A DNA stretch of 64,000 nt from Antechinus flavipes (Eukaryota): contig NC_067402.1 in NCBI RefSeq assembly GCF_016432865.1, positions 10,540,001 through 10,604,000 on the forward strand. Direction: 5' to 3'. Within the stretch, counting starts at the first letter, position 1. Each line of letters starts with the position of its first letter. Under the pieces are notes generated by a model. That model did not search any database, was not told the origin of the DNA, and worked only from the letters and a program-made list of their open reading frames with translations. A program made the position numbers and the translations under genes. Shown piece after piece: positions 36,481 to 49,555 of this stretch.

Positions 36481-37844
36481 GTCAATGTCTCCAGACCCCT
36501 AAGAGTCTTACTTCATAAGTGACAATTCTATTTCTTTTATTATTTTTTTTTTAATAAAGAGAATTTTACTTTTTGAGGCAGAAATGAATTTAAAAATAAT
36601 CTCATTTAAGAAAATCATTTTACAGGTAAGAAATCTGAGACCTAGATAGGTGGTATAATTTGTTCTCAATCACAGATAGTGAGAGTAAGGCTGGATTGGA
36701 CCCTGTTGTTATCTGAATTCAAATCTACAATCCTCTTCAGACACTGGAGCATCACCAGGTTTATAGATAGCTGAACCAGCAAAATGATTCTCCCAACTCC
36801 CAACCTTTCAAATAACTAACTAACTAAATAGACAGACTGACATAGACAGATAGATAGAAAAAGGCAAGATTTGAAGGTTTTCCTTTTTCTGTTCTAGACA
36901 TTCTATTATCTAACTGCTTTATGTCCACTTGCTAGAATAAGGCCAAATGAAGATGGAAATCATTGAGCAGCAATGGAGAGAGGGCATTATCCCACATCTG
37001 GTTTATCCATCACCCTAAATCAGAGTGACACTCTGCCAGTCCTGCTGCTGGCAATGAGGGTTCCATTTTCCTTTCTTTTCTTTTTTTTTTTTTTTTTTTA
37101 AATTAGGGATAAAATTCTATAAATGTCATTGTCCTTCAAGAAAGTGATGGATCAGCTGAAATTATTTTGGTATTAAAGTAATTACTTCTCTGTTCAACTT
37201 CCATTTGAATAATGTTATTCAACTCTACTGAGCTACAATGCCAGGTTCCACAAAACTCAGGAAAGGCTAATTTCACTGGCCCCTCCAAGCTCCAGGGACC
37301 TATAGAGGTATTAGGGGTAATTAAGCATGCCATTTCTCCTTGATCCAGAAATAGCCATGGATCAAAAGATGGGCCAAAGTGATTGTCAAAAATTAAATGT
37401 CCTGGGATTGGTTAGATTTTCTGTTTTGTTTTGTTTTGTTTTTATGACACACCTTTTGATTCCACTGCTTTATGTTTGATGAAGTCCTACTCTCCCTTCC
37501 CCCATTCCTGCCTGTAGCATATTGGATTTACCATTAAGCCAATTAGTTTTTCACACTTTCCACTAGTTTGAAACCTGGTGTGTTTGTCTTAGGTGTCAGC
37601 ACAAGGCTACTTGTCAACTATGATGGGCAGAAAGGAGAGGAAAGGACATCTGTTCAAGTAATTAGAGGCTGCATTTGATCCCCAGATCAGGGACCTTGTT
37701 TTTAGAAGACAATGTCTTACTATTTTTTCAGGGGAAAAACCAGGGGAAGAAAAGTGATGAGGCATGAAAAAATTTGTCTTTCGGAGCCTTAAATAATTTT
37801 TAAGCTTGTATTGCATATTGTCTTGTGTCCATATGTATACCTGA

Positions 37845-37938
37845 GAGAGAGAAAAAAAGAGAGAGGGAGAGGGAGACAGAGAGACAGAGAGAGAGAGAGG
37901 AAAGAGAAACAGAAAGGGACAGAGACAGAGATAGAGAC
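37845..37938. repeat. (GA)n/(GACA)n purine-rich microsatellite
   Basis: Read directly. Confidence 0.93.
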
Positions 37939-39794
37939 TAGCCCTTTTAATTCACTATATATATATATTGATTGGTCTCACTTGACCATATAAAAACTTC
38001 TCATCTCATCCATCATTCAGTCTTGGTTATCTCAATTTTGCTCGGATGCTTCTCCTTCTTGTACCACTTTCCACCTCCCAAGAGATCTGGGTAATAATCC
38101 CTTCACTTCCAAAACATGTCCCTACCTTTAACACTAATCTCTCTAGTGGCTCTAAACTTCTTGCTTATTGAGAATCCATTTCCAGAGCTCTTCTGGAAAT
38201 AATGACAAAGATTAGAAGCTAAATTTCACTCTCCACCATGCTAATATATTTCAATGGAAACCAGTTCTCCTATTTTCCCTTCTTTTGCTGCTATAGGTCA
38301 TGATTCTTTAGTCCAGGATTACAGATTTTGTTTAATGAATAAGATTCTGTCCTGGAACCCAAGCACAAACTTCTTTCATCCTAAAAGCTGAGGAGTTAAC
38401 CCTTCCCAACTTTTATCTGCATCATTTTCCTGGAGCATTGTTTATTTTGTTTTGTTTTTTATTAAAATGACATTTTGGGTTACAAAATACAGTCAATTGG
38501 TCAATGTTTTTAAATCATTACATGTGTGAAAAAAGCACAATTATGCTGATGAAACTTTGGGGACCCAAATGTACTCTACTAAAAAACAAAAACAAAAGAG
38601 TTATTTTCATCTTTAAGACAATATTTTCTTTTCTAGTTGATTACCCTCCCCCATAATCTTCTTCATTTTTATTTATATATTTATTTATTTTGCCAAGTCC
38701 TCAATTACATTTCCATAATTATCCCAACTATCCCTCCTCCCTCCACCATCTCTATATATTTTTATATGTATGGCTCTATATATTTTTAAAAGAAAAAAAA
38801 AAAGATAACGTAATTGATTCATATATTGGAAAAAATGTGTGCAATTTCTAACATGTGCCTACCTTCCTCCACAAAGACATAAGTTGGAGATATAATTCCA
38901 TTCAGTTTCTGCTTGATCTTTAAATTGTGTTACTTTTACTTTTAATTTTTGGTGTGTAATTGTTGTAGTAACTGTATATATTGTTTTCTTGACTCTGCTT
39001 ACTTAACTTTGCTTCAATTCACATCAGTCTTTCCATGTTTTCTTTTTATTAATTGAACACATTATTTCTTACAGTGCAAAAATATTGTATTGCATTCATG
39101 TGCCACAATCTATTTAGCTGTTCTCCAACTGATGAGTGTGAAAACTAATGTGTTTTCAATTCTTAACTCTTACAAGAAGTGCAGCTTTAAATATTTTGTG
39201 GTATATGAGGATCTCTCCCCCCTTCCCCACCCCCACTGATGCTTCTTTAATATATAAGTCCAGTAATGGAATCTGTGGTTCAAAGGGTATAGTCATTTAG
39301 TCATTTCATTTGCATAATTCTAAATTGTTTTCTAGAAAGTGTCACAATGTAATAAAGTGCTTATCTTTCCACAACCTTGCCATCATTGATTGTTGTCATT
39401 TTTTGTCATCTGTCCTATTTTTGGGGTGTGAGATGAAACTTTGGGATTGTTTTGATTTGCATTTATCCTATTATTAATTTAAAGCATTTCCCCAAATGGT
39501 TGTATATACCTTTCTATTCTTCTTTTGGTAATTGTTTTCTATTTTGAATAGAGAAAAAGAAAAACAAAACAGAAAAGGAAAACAAAACAGTTGTCATGTG
39601 CCCAACAGAATATCAGTGAGGATTCAAAAATTATTATAATAAATTGCCAACTCAAGAAAGATATAATAGTAGAAGAAATCACATTCATGGTTCTTGTTCT
39701 TCTGTTCTCTGCTGAAAGCTTTTTGTTGCTTTATGCCACCCCGTTTTATCCCCCTACCTTCCCCAAGTAGGCTATAATTAAGCACACATATATT

Positions 39795-39797
<3 letters not shown>

Positions 39798-39841
<44 letters not shown>

Positions 39842-39905
39842 ACACCTCCCCCTCATCCGCACCCCCCATATCTACACACACACACATACACACATACACA
39901 CCCAC
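39798..39905. repeat. (CA)n microsatellite cluster
   Basis: Read directly. Confidence 0.93.
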
Positions 39906-41416
39906 AGACCTTCACATATACATATATCTATATACACACATACATTGAGAAGCATGAATACATATCTAAATATACTCAAACACAATTTGTATCCACACAC
40001 ATTTACCCATATCTAAACATCTATCTAAAGCAAAATTAGGATGGCAAACATGTAATGTAGATTTCTCTCTTGATTGAATCTTTAAATTTGACTTTGTCTA
40101 AGATCAATGATTACAACTGTACTTTTTTTTTTCTTTTCTAATAAATTCTACTCCTAATCCTGCTGTAATATCTGTGTGCATCTCTTCTTTCCTATTCCTG
40201 CTGATTTCTTCTGCTTTAATTCTACTCCTTAACTTGTCTTACTATTACTTAATCTCCCTCCACGAACTGATCCTTCCCTTTTCTTCTTCTTCTTCCCCCT
40301 TTGCCCATCCTCCTCCCTTTATTTCTTCATAGATTTTGGAGGGGGCTATACCCTTCATGGAATATATGAAGCGTTACCTCTTTAATCCTTTGCCAATGTA
40401 GGTTTTCAGAACTATAAGCCGCTTTCCCTCCTCTAATAACTCTGTCTGTTCTTCCTCTGTACCTTGTTTGTATACTGTTTTTACCTTAAATCTGCCCCAG
40501 TCTTTCTTTTGAGCTATTCAATTGCTGATGTCAATCTTTAATATATTGTATATATGTAAGGAAAACCATTTGCCTATGTTAAGTTCTTTTAAACTGATCT
40601 TTGATATTGACTCTCATAATGTTAAATTTTCTATTTTGGTTTGGTTGAAAGTCCTGAAAATCTGCAAATTTGTTTAATGATCATGTTTTCCATTCAATAT
40701 TATGGATAATTTTGCTGGATATAATATTTTGGCCACCGGCCTAGTTCTTTTGATTGCCAGTATACATGAGTCCAGGATCTATTGTGTTTTATTGTGGCTG
40801 CTGCTAAGTCTTCTACACTTCTAATTGTAATTACAGCATTTTTTTTTCTTGTTTCTTGCAAATTTTTTCTTTGATCTGGGGTTTTTGAAATGTAGCAAAA
40901 CTATTCCTACATGTTTTCCACAAAGGATCTCTTTGAGGTGGTCATTGATGATTTTTTTTTTCTATTTTAACTTTCCTCTCATATTCTATCACTTTAGGGC
41001 AATTTTCTTAGATTATTTCCTGCATTATTGTGTCAAAGTTCTTTTTTTTTTGTCACAACTTTCAGGAAATCCAATTATTTTTATATTTTCTCTTTTTGAT
41101 CTGTTCTCCAGATCTGTTGTTTTCTTGTAAGAATGTTTCATATTTGTTTTATTTTTTCATTCTTTAAATTCTGTTTTGTTATTTCTTGGTATCTTAATGC
41201 TCCATTGGCTTTCCCTTGACTAATTCTAATTTTCAAAAGAGTTATTTTCATCTTTAAGACTATAGTTTATTTTCTAGTTGATTACCCTCCCCCATAATCT
41301 TCTTCATTTTCATTTATATATTTATTTATTTTGCCGGGTCCTCAATTTATTTATTGGCTTGTTTGTTTTAGTTTTTCTTCAATGTCTCTTATCGTGTTCT
41401 TTTTTTCCCTCTAGAA

Positions 41417-41990
41417 TATGATGGTTCTCTGGGAGCAGATTTCTTGGGGAGCTTGTGGAGGCAGCCTTAGTTTCAGTTCCAAGTAATAATCACCTCAAAT
41501 GCAGCCAGGGATTAAAGTACAGTCTTTTATTGTCTCTTCCAAAATAGCCCAGTAGGCTTTCCTTGGTTCCGAGAGCTCTTGTTGCTAGTCCTTTGCTTCT
41601 GCCTCTGCCAGCCTCAGCCTCTCCTCTTCTGAATCCCTACTTCTGCCCCACTGCAGTTTCTACTTTGTCAATCTCCTCAACTGACTGATTTCTGGCTTTC
41701 AGTCTCTTCAACTGAATCTTCACTGACTTGTAGCTCTCAATATCTTCAACTGACCCTCGTTGAGACTGAGAGCTTCTTATATATGATCTCTTAAAGGTGT
41801 GAACCCAAAGGTTGATTCCTCCTCTGAGAGAGTGGGATTGTGGGAGGTGTAAATTCTCATACTGAATCCTGAAATTTCCCAACTTGTGAACTCTAATGTG
41901 TGAGCTAATGTGTAAACTCTCTTAAAGGTGTGAGCTCTAATGTGTGAACCAATTACATAAGCATTGTTTCTATCAATTCCATTGAGTTAA
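41417..41990 (-). mobile_element. ERV solo LTR nested in HAL1
   Basis: 6-bp flanking repeat CTAGAA (41411-41416 and 41991-41996); minus-strand AATAAA at ~41527 and TATATAA at ~41778; internal short tandem repeats; termini are degenerate. Confidence 0.72.
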
Positions 41991-43959
41991 CTAGAATCCT
42001 AGTATTCTGACAGTCTTTCATTTGATTGTTAAATTCTTTTTTTTAAAAATTCTTCTATAAATTCGCTCTCTGCAAGTAGCCATTTAACATTATTCTGTGG
42101 TAAAAGAAGAGCCTTTTTTTTTTTAAACTTCAGTGTCCTTCTCTGAAGATGAATCCTGTTCTTCCTTATTCCCATAGTAAGTTTCTATGGTTGAGTTCTT
42201 CTTTGCCAATTTTTTTTTTTTTTATTAAGAAGTATTAGTGTAAGTACCTCTAATCATGGGATTGGGGGATGGTGCTACAATTTCATGTCAGCTCTCTAAC
42301 CAGGAACCCCAAACCAAAAAATCCACCCTCCTGCAAGTGCCCACAGCATGCAGCATCCCTGCCCCACAGCTTCTGTACTCTAAACGTGCTAGTTCCTTCT
42401 CACCCAGGACTATATCTCTGCCACACAGCTGGGTTTGGTGTTCCTAAGCAGCTGCTTCATTCTGCCTACATTGGACTTCACACACAGTCCAGGAGATGAA
42501 AATTTCTGTGGTTCCTGCTGAGGCTCCAGCCAAACCCATCTAGTCCCAGGAGACCCCACTTGGAATTTCTGTGGAGTTACCCTAGAGGTGTGTGCACTTC
42601 ACACTGGTTAATCCCTGGCCTGGGGTTTTTCTTTAGATCTTGGATTGTACCTCCACAGCCCCTGTTTTGCCCAAGTCTTTTTTGTGTTTTACCAGTCTAT
42701 GTTCATTCTGAAGAATAAATTTGTTCTGTTTGTGGAGGAAATCTGGAGAGGTTGAAATTTACTGACCTATTCCACCATCTTCCCAGAATCCTCCCTCTGA
42801 CAATTGCTTATTTATATATTCTTTTACCATTAATCTACTGGGAAAGCCAAGTGAACATTTCTTTCCCCTTTCTAAGAATGGAAAGATGCATACTATGTTT
42901 TAAAGTATTCTCATAAGATGATTTACAACCTCCCTCTGTTAATAATTCCATGCCTTTTTTTTTTCCTAGGTAATTCCTGTGTCAACGTTTAATCCATCAC
43001 TAGGCATATATTAAGCATCAATGATATGTAAGAAACTATGAAAGATACTGGGTATAGAAAGCCATCAGAATCATGTATTGAATGTCTGTTTCTTTCTCTT
43101 GTCCATCAATTTTTCTAATATTCTACATAAATTAAGTAGATTAATCTGAGGATTCAACCATCTATACAAAGCAGCTATCAATATGTTCTCTTCTTTCCTC
43201 ATTCTAGCTAGATTAAACTGATCATCCCTTCAGTGTGGCTGATCAAAAAAGGATTTCTTCTATGAGACATCCCAAAGTAACTATCTAACCTTTGTGGAAG
43301 ACTTCCAGGCCTTCCTCCAGGGTGGGGGAATGCATCTTTTACTTCCAGAGATAATCCACTCTCCTTCTGGTTAACTGTTGTGAAGATTGTCATGACATCG
43401 AGCCCAAATTCTGTGCTTTGTTTTAGACAACTACGCTTGTAGAGTTTGAGGATTAGGCTAGATGGAAAGTCATGTGATAATGAAATAAGGTTTTTGTCAG
43501 ACTGCTGGTTCAATATCAGTCAGTATAATGATTAAAAAAAAAACTTTCATATATCTCATTAGGATGTTTCTAGTTCAGAATATTTGCCTTTTGTGTCCCC
43601 AGTGCCTAGCACTGAGTCATAATCTGGGCACTATGACATAATCTGGGCACATAATAAGTGCAAAACATAAATATTTATCCATCAATTCATAGATTACCTG
43701 TGTTAATAACAACAGCATCCCTAAATTATCTATGGTGCAGTAGACACAGCCCTGAGTTTAGAATGAGATCACCCTGAGTGATTATGGACAAGCCACTTAA
43801 TTGCTCTCCGACTCAGTATCCTTTCTTTAATTTGGTATTACCTGGAGTAGCTACTTCACAGGATTGTTATAATGATTAGATGAGGAAATATATGTATAGG
43901 ATGTTTGCCAAGTTTTTCCCCATTATGGGGAAAGGTAAGATTTCTGCTGTTCTCTCCCT

Positions 43960-44450
43960 GGGTGAAGACTTGCTAGAATACTATGTTGGGCCATGCAGGA
44001 GGAGAGACACTGACAATCAGAAGAATATACGAAGATATTTTGGCCAGGAAAACAAGGAAACTTGAACCCATGCCCTATAAGGATTTGTCAAAAGACCAAG
44101 AGATGTTTAGTCTGGAGAAGTCTTGGCCCAAGAAGAAGGCCATAACTCCCATCTTCAGACATGGAGGATTATGTAGAAAAACAGACCAATACATTCGCCT
44201 CAGGCCCAGAGAATGGATGATGAGCAGGATTCACAGCAAGGTAGAGTTAGAATTGACATAAGAAAGCTTCTTTGCAATTTCAGGAGACACAAGGGAGAAT
44301 GGGATGCTCTAGAAGAGCGACTTCTCTTTCCATGGAGGTGTTCAAGCAGCAGCTCGATGTCCATGTGTCAGGATTCTGAAAAGGGGTTTTGGTGCTTTGG
44401 GTAAGGATTGGTGACCTGTTAGATTCCACTGGATTCTAATTTGGGGAGCT
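43960..44450 (+). mobile_element. L3/CR1 LINE 3' fragment
   Basis: 'gagatgtttagtctggagaag...catcttcagacatggagga...ctttccatggaggtgttcaagcagcagctcgatg...gattccactggattctaa'; accounts for ORFs 43880..44404. Confidence 0.75.
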
Positions 44451-44733
44451 GTAATATTTTGGGATGGTTAGAACTCCTCTCACCCAGTAGGATCTTCCTT
44501 CCTTTCCTCTCCTTCGGGATGCACATCTGATGTCTCAGAAACATACTCTGCTCAATTGCAGAATTCTTCTAAGTAGCTCTGTTTGCCTGAGAGAATCTTG
44601 GCCCTCGGAGTTAAGCAGCATCAGTGCAAAGCTCTATCTGGTGTTTATTGAGCGCTGACAGGGTCCTGGGCACTGAGTGGAAGGGGAAGGGGGGAGAGGA
44701 GACCAATGCTTCCCTTGCCCATTGGGCTTCCAG

Positions 44734-44822
44734 GCTGGATAATTACGGTTCGGGTTTGAGGGATGTTTGGAATTTCCAACGGTTGCTCTGTCAGTGTGTT
44801 GATCTTATGGTCAGTCTCCAGA
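44734..44822 (+). other. Candidate exon; ATG at 44763 gives MFGISNGCSVSVLILWSVSR ending in phase 0 at the donor
   Basis: Acceptor 'gggcttccag', donor 'AGA|gtaagt'; local CpG retention; no homology recognised. Confidence 0.25.
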
Positions 44823-45943
44823 GTAAGTAGATTTCAAAATCATAGCTATGTTAAGTGGAGACTTGGCCGGCTCCTGGACTGAAGTATCGGATAATTGTAG
44901 CACATCGGTCCCACAAGATGGCTCAGGAAGGAGGGCTGTAATTGACTTAAGCCACTTTTTCCCCCTGCCTGTTCTTTTAAACATGTGGCTGGAAGCCTCC
45001 ATTGGCCTCTTAGCTCCAATGCTAAAACACATTCTGTAACAGTCCTCTAGCCCAGTCCAGTACAAAGACACCATTGTATTCCATCAATCTCCCGGCCTTC
45101 CCCCAACAGATCAAAAGGGAAAGTGATTTTCATTTGAATTGTAAATTGGCAAAAGAGTGTTCCTAAGAAGACCTCAGAAGAATTCCTCACCTTTCTGTGT
45201 GGGTTGTGAAGAAATCCGGAAATGTAATTGTAACATCTCAGGAAGTGGGACCCAAGGGCTAAATTTCCCCAAGAAGGTCAGAGAGCTTAAGTATGATTGT
45301 TCATGAAAGCTCAACTAAAATCCCAGAGGTCACGGGCCTTGGACTTGGAAAATTCAGAAAAAGAAGTCAAATTGGGAGAAGGAAACTTAATTTCAAAATC
45401 ATCATTATCATAATTCAGCAGAAGCTATACAGGGATTTATTTATCTTTTATTTACAGAAAAAAAAATTCATGAAAGAAAATTAGAAGTATAAATATGTTT
45501 ACAGAAGGGATGTTTGTTTGTTTGTTTTTCCCAAAAAAATTCTTAAGTACTTTAGTTGTCGTTTAAGTGCTAAATAAAATTTATTTCTATTGAGTAAAGG
45601 AAGATTTCTACTAAACAAGCTGCTATCATCCTGATACTAATTTAGTTCAAATTAACAAGCACTTGCCAAGCACCTTCCCCATGCCAAATTCTTGGGATAT
45701 GAAGACAAAAATTAAAACCAAAGAGCCGATTTGGATTTGGATTTAGAATCTTTGGAGAAAGGTTTGAATCCTGGATTGCTGCTTCCTTTCTATATGACCT
45801 CAGACAAGTCACTTTCCATTGTTATTTCATCATAAAATTAGGGGGTTACACTACAGGAATCTGTTTTCTGATGAGTATCAAGCCGAGTTGGCAGAATTCT
45901 TGTACGCTGGGCAATACATATTTTATTTAATTTTTAATGAAGT

Positions 45944-46074
45944 NNNNNNNNNNNNNNNNNNNNNNNNNNNNNNNNNNNNNNNNNNNNNNNNNNNNNNNNN
46001 NNNNNNNNNNNNNNNNNNNNNNNNNNNNNNNNNNNNNNNNNNNNNNNNNNNNNNNNNNNNNNNNNNNNNNNNNN
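45944..46074. other. Assembly gap (131 N)
   Basis: N run. Confidence 1.
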
Positions 46075-46867
46075 CTTGAAAGAACAATAAAGAGCCATTG
46101 TTTTGTCCACATTTAGATTGTCTGGGTTTTCTGTCTCCCTTTTGGAGTATTGTGCCATTTTTCAATACTTAACCAAAAGTGATTTGCCAAACCCAGAACA
46201 TTTTGAAAAATGAAAGTAAAACTTAAGTCATGCTGAGACTTTAATTTGATCAGGCCAGGGATTCCCAGACTCCATGGGAGGGGATGCCAGTCCAGTGGGA
46301 AAAGACCAGTTGGGGTGTGGAAGCTGGAGCACATGTCCACAGCTCCAAGCCATCACATTCAAGCTTGGAGATGCCCCAAAAGGAGTCTTCCATGCTGGGT
46401 GCCTGGGAGCAGTGGAACTGAAGCAGCCTTGTGCATCCACTTCAGCTAGTCAGGGCTCAGAAGAGAGAAAAGAGAATGTTCACTGTGCTCAATTTTGGCC
46501 ACAGCCACAATATTATCTGGGTTATCAGAGAGATTGTGGGAGAGCAGACTAAAGAGAGAGTCAGGTAAATCTTCCGGATCCTTACTGATGAGTTTAGCTG
46601 TGGCCTTGATGTGTATCTACACATGTGTTTGAGACTGCCTCCTCATGTACATAGTTGTGTCTTTGTGTACCATATCTACAAGGATCACATCCTCTAGGAT
46701 AATGGAAGATGTCCACTTGCTCCTCCCTTACTTCTCCAGGGTAGATTTTATTTCCTGCCAGGAGAGGAAGCAGGAGCTCGGGGTGAGAAGGTTGACCATT
46801 CTGTTCTCTTCAGACAGAAGGGGTAAGGACCCAGAACTATATCACTGCTCTGTTAAATATTGTTAAT

Positions 46868-47057
46868 CTAGGGTATCTCTTTTTTGTCAAAGACCATTTG
46901 AATATTTATAACATCATTTAGGGGCCATAGAAAATTGTCAATTTATAAAACTTAAGCAATAGAAGTTGTATTTAGCTTTAAATTCATCATTGCCTTGGGT
47001 TGATGAACAATTTTGCAGGCTTATATTGTCTAAGGGCTGGAGGTTCCCCACCCCTAT
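46868..47057 (+). mobile_element. hAT-family MITE
   Basis: 'aaagaccatttgaatatttataacatcatttaggggccatagaaaattgtcaattt...gggctggaggttccccacccct' with a hAT-like terminal sequence. Confidence 0.65.
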
Positions 47058-47805
47058 TCTAGGAGATTTAGTTTTTGGGATCGAGCTACCTTTCTAATCA
47101 CTATGCTTTCTCGGGGAAAGGAAAAGCCAAGATTTATATTCAAAGCTATCTGGCAAATACCAGTTCTAAAGTGAACACCTATAGGAAGCAGCAAAAATAC
47201 CCATTTATCCAGGTCCCTAGCAAAGTAGTAATTAGAGAAGGTATACATAGGAGAATATAAGTCACTACATAGTCATTGAAAAGAAAATCCAAGATCTCTT
47301 TATGTGGAAATTCTCCAAAGTCTCCAGTGTACCAAGGTATAGATAGATATGATCTATTCACATCAGCTTCTTCCCAATCATATTCTCCCTTCAGCAACCT
47401 GAAGTGGAATTGCATCATTCAACATCTCAAAGTTGGAAGTCAGTAACACCTAAAGGAACTGCAGAGATGCACAAGACATAAGAGACCTGAAGAAATCTAT
47501 AGAGACTGTTGGGATCCAAGAAATTTTTAAGAGACTGAAGAAGCTCAAAGAAATTCTGAGAAGATTCAGATGGCTCCAGCTCTTTTCTATCCTACTCTCA
47601 CTAATTCCACCCTCTTCTCATTCAGGGTAGAGTATCTATCTCTAGCAGAGTCTCTTCCCAATGGATTTGAGAAGGTTATTATATTTCTTTCTTGGGCCAG
47701 AACTCCTTATGATCCTTACAAAGATCAATTAGGGCAAGTCCAAAACCTGTAACTCTGTAGTATAAAAACAAACATCAGTGTTTTAAACAAGGATGATTTT
47801 CCTGA

Positions 47806-48282
47806 TGTGATGGGGAACTGACTTTTGGTACCACTAAAATTGCAATATAACAAAGACATATTAATAGCACATGAAGTAGACATGGCACTATGACGAGCAT
47901 GACCTACAAGGATATAAGCATGTTAACATTCCTAATGACATGCACATTAAAAGTATAGGCAAATCTGTCATACACAAGAATCAATCATTAGCAACAAGCT
48001 TGACTAACTAGCAAAGTAAAGCTGGCCAGCTGTATCAAGAACCCTATCAATAGGACATATATAAAATAACTGTTCACTATAAGCAGTGGCAGAAATGCAC
48101 AACCATCAACAGACATTCCTTGGCATGAACATGCATAAAACACAGTGAAATAAACATGATGGTAAATTAAGAAATAAGCATATTCACCCATCAATAATTC
48201 ACATGTAGATATAAACACATTATTACATGGGTACTCTCCAATACCATGGCCTAGGCAGATATATGAGTCTGTCTTCACCACA
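47806..48282 (+). mobile_element. Probable solo LTR
   Basis: TGTGATG...CACCACA near-inverted ends, TATATAAAA at ~48058, AATAAA at ~48149; no TSD visible. Confidence 0.5.
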
Positions 48283-49195
48283 GTTCAGTCTAAAGGCCCT
48301 GGGTCTTTGGTTTCTTCTCTCTGCTCCTGGTGTTGACATAGAGTGACCACTAGGATCATTACAGACTTCTTGTCTACATCTGAGCTGGTCACCATTAAAA
48401 GATTTTTTTGGTCAACATATTCTTACTTTATGAATATGTTTGGCCAACATAAGGAAGGCTTTCAAAGGTCTTTGAAGTATACACAGACCTGCTTGTTCTG
48501 GGCCCATAGGAGGAAGCATGCAAAGGCAGCATTGTTTCAGACAATCCCTGTGAGATTTGGAAATCCCCTGCCCTCTTTTCTGTTGTGGTCCTTCTCTGCA
48601 AAATGAGAGGGTTGGGCTCCAAATCTGTGATTCTCCAGTACGAGAGCTTCTTATCATACTATCAGAATTTTCATTTTTCTATTGCAGACTTTCTTAAGAT
48701 ATTACTACATCAGCAGAAATCACCATCCCCGGACAGATAGAGAAAATCGTGTTTGATGAGGCCTGAAGTATAAGGTGTACCAATTCAAGATTAGTTAAGA
48801 GTTTGTTGTTTGTTACAATGGAGAGAGCTCCAGGTTGATATCAGGAGGACCTGAGTCCTTCTTCAGATGCTTATTAGCTGTGTAATCCTGGGCAAATCAG
48901 TCAATCTCTATTTGCTTCAGTATTCCCATATATAAAATGGGGATGATGATAATAATAGCACATACTGCTGGGATCGTTAATAGGACGAAATGAAATAATA
49001 ATTGTAAAGTATTTGAAATAGTGCCTAGAACATAGTGAGATATAACTGTTAACTACTACTATTATTACCTTCTGTATACTGCACATGTAGCTAGTTTGCA
49101 TATTTTTTTCTCTCTAATTAGAATGTATTCTCCTTAAAGGCAGTTTTTTTTTTCTTTTTAAATTTTGTGTGTGTGTCTGAACTTTTCGCTTGAAA

Positions 49196-49214
49196 CAGTT
49201 TTTTGTTGTTGTTT

Positions 49215-49250
<36 letters not shown>

Positions 49251-49262
49251 TTGTTTTTTTTA
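49196..49262. repeat. (TTG)n microsatellite
   Basis: Read directly. Confidence 0.95.
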
Positions 49263-49419
49263 ATCTGGCATGTAGTACTTACTTCACACATATTTGTCAA
49301 CTAATATGGATCTACTTTTTTATATGATCTATGTAAAAACGAAATGATGAGATTCTTTTGACCATTGATACATAGAAAATGTTATAAAAATATATTTTTT
49401 TGAAATCATAAAAATGGTG

Positions 49420-49555
49420 ATCCTTATGGAATTCTCTCCCAGAAATTAGTACCAAATTTGGCAAAAGAAAATAAAAATCCAGAAACAGTAATTTTGGAGG
49501 TTTGGAAGGAAGTTCTCCTTCAAAATATCCACAAATTGATCTCTTCTATTGCTAC
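49420..49555 (+). mobile_element. Tc1/mariner-like transposase C-terminal remnant
   Basis: Plus frame YGILSQKLVPN...ILEVWKEVLLQNIHKLISSI resembles the Tc1 C-terminal WGILxxKV...ILEAWxE...IxKLVxSM pattern. Confidence 0.5.

Larger units (their letters stand above)
38440..42790 (-). mobile_element. Near full-length HAL1 (half-L1, ORF1-only) element with a nested LTR
   Basis: 5' end reads 'ggattctgggaagatggtggaatagg' on minus at ~42790. ORF1 motif TDLENRSKRENIKIIGFPE on minus at ~41120-41065. No recognisable RT region between ORF1 and the 3' UTR. Confidence 0.7.

Noticed and set aside
42970-43027. Plus-strand exon-like interval after a poly-T/CCTAG acceptor
   Set aside because: The putative donor lies in an antisense L2 tail, and all frames are closed.
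43615-43652. Short tandem duplication 'cataatctgggcac'
   Set aside because: Ordinary replication-slippage duplication within an L2 tail.
47060-47750. Several 60-80 aa ORFs inspected as a possible endogenous viral element
   Set aside because: No motif resembling bornavirus, filovirus, parvovirus or retroviral proteins that I can recognise; a TBLASTN search would be needed to exclude it fully.
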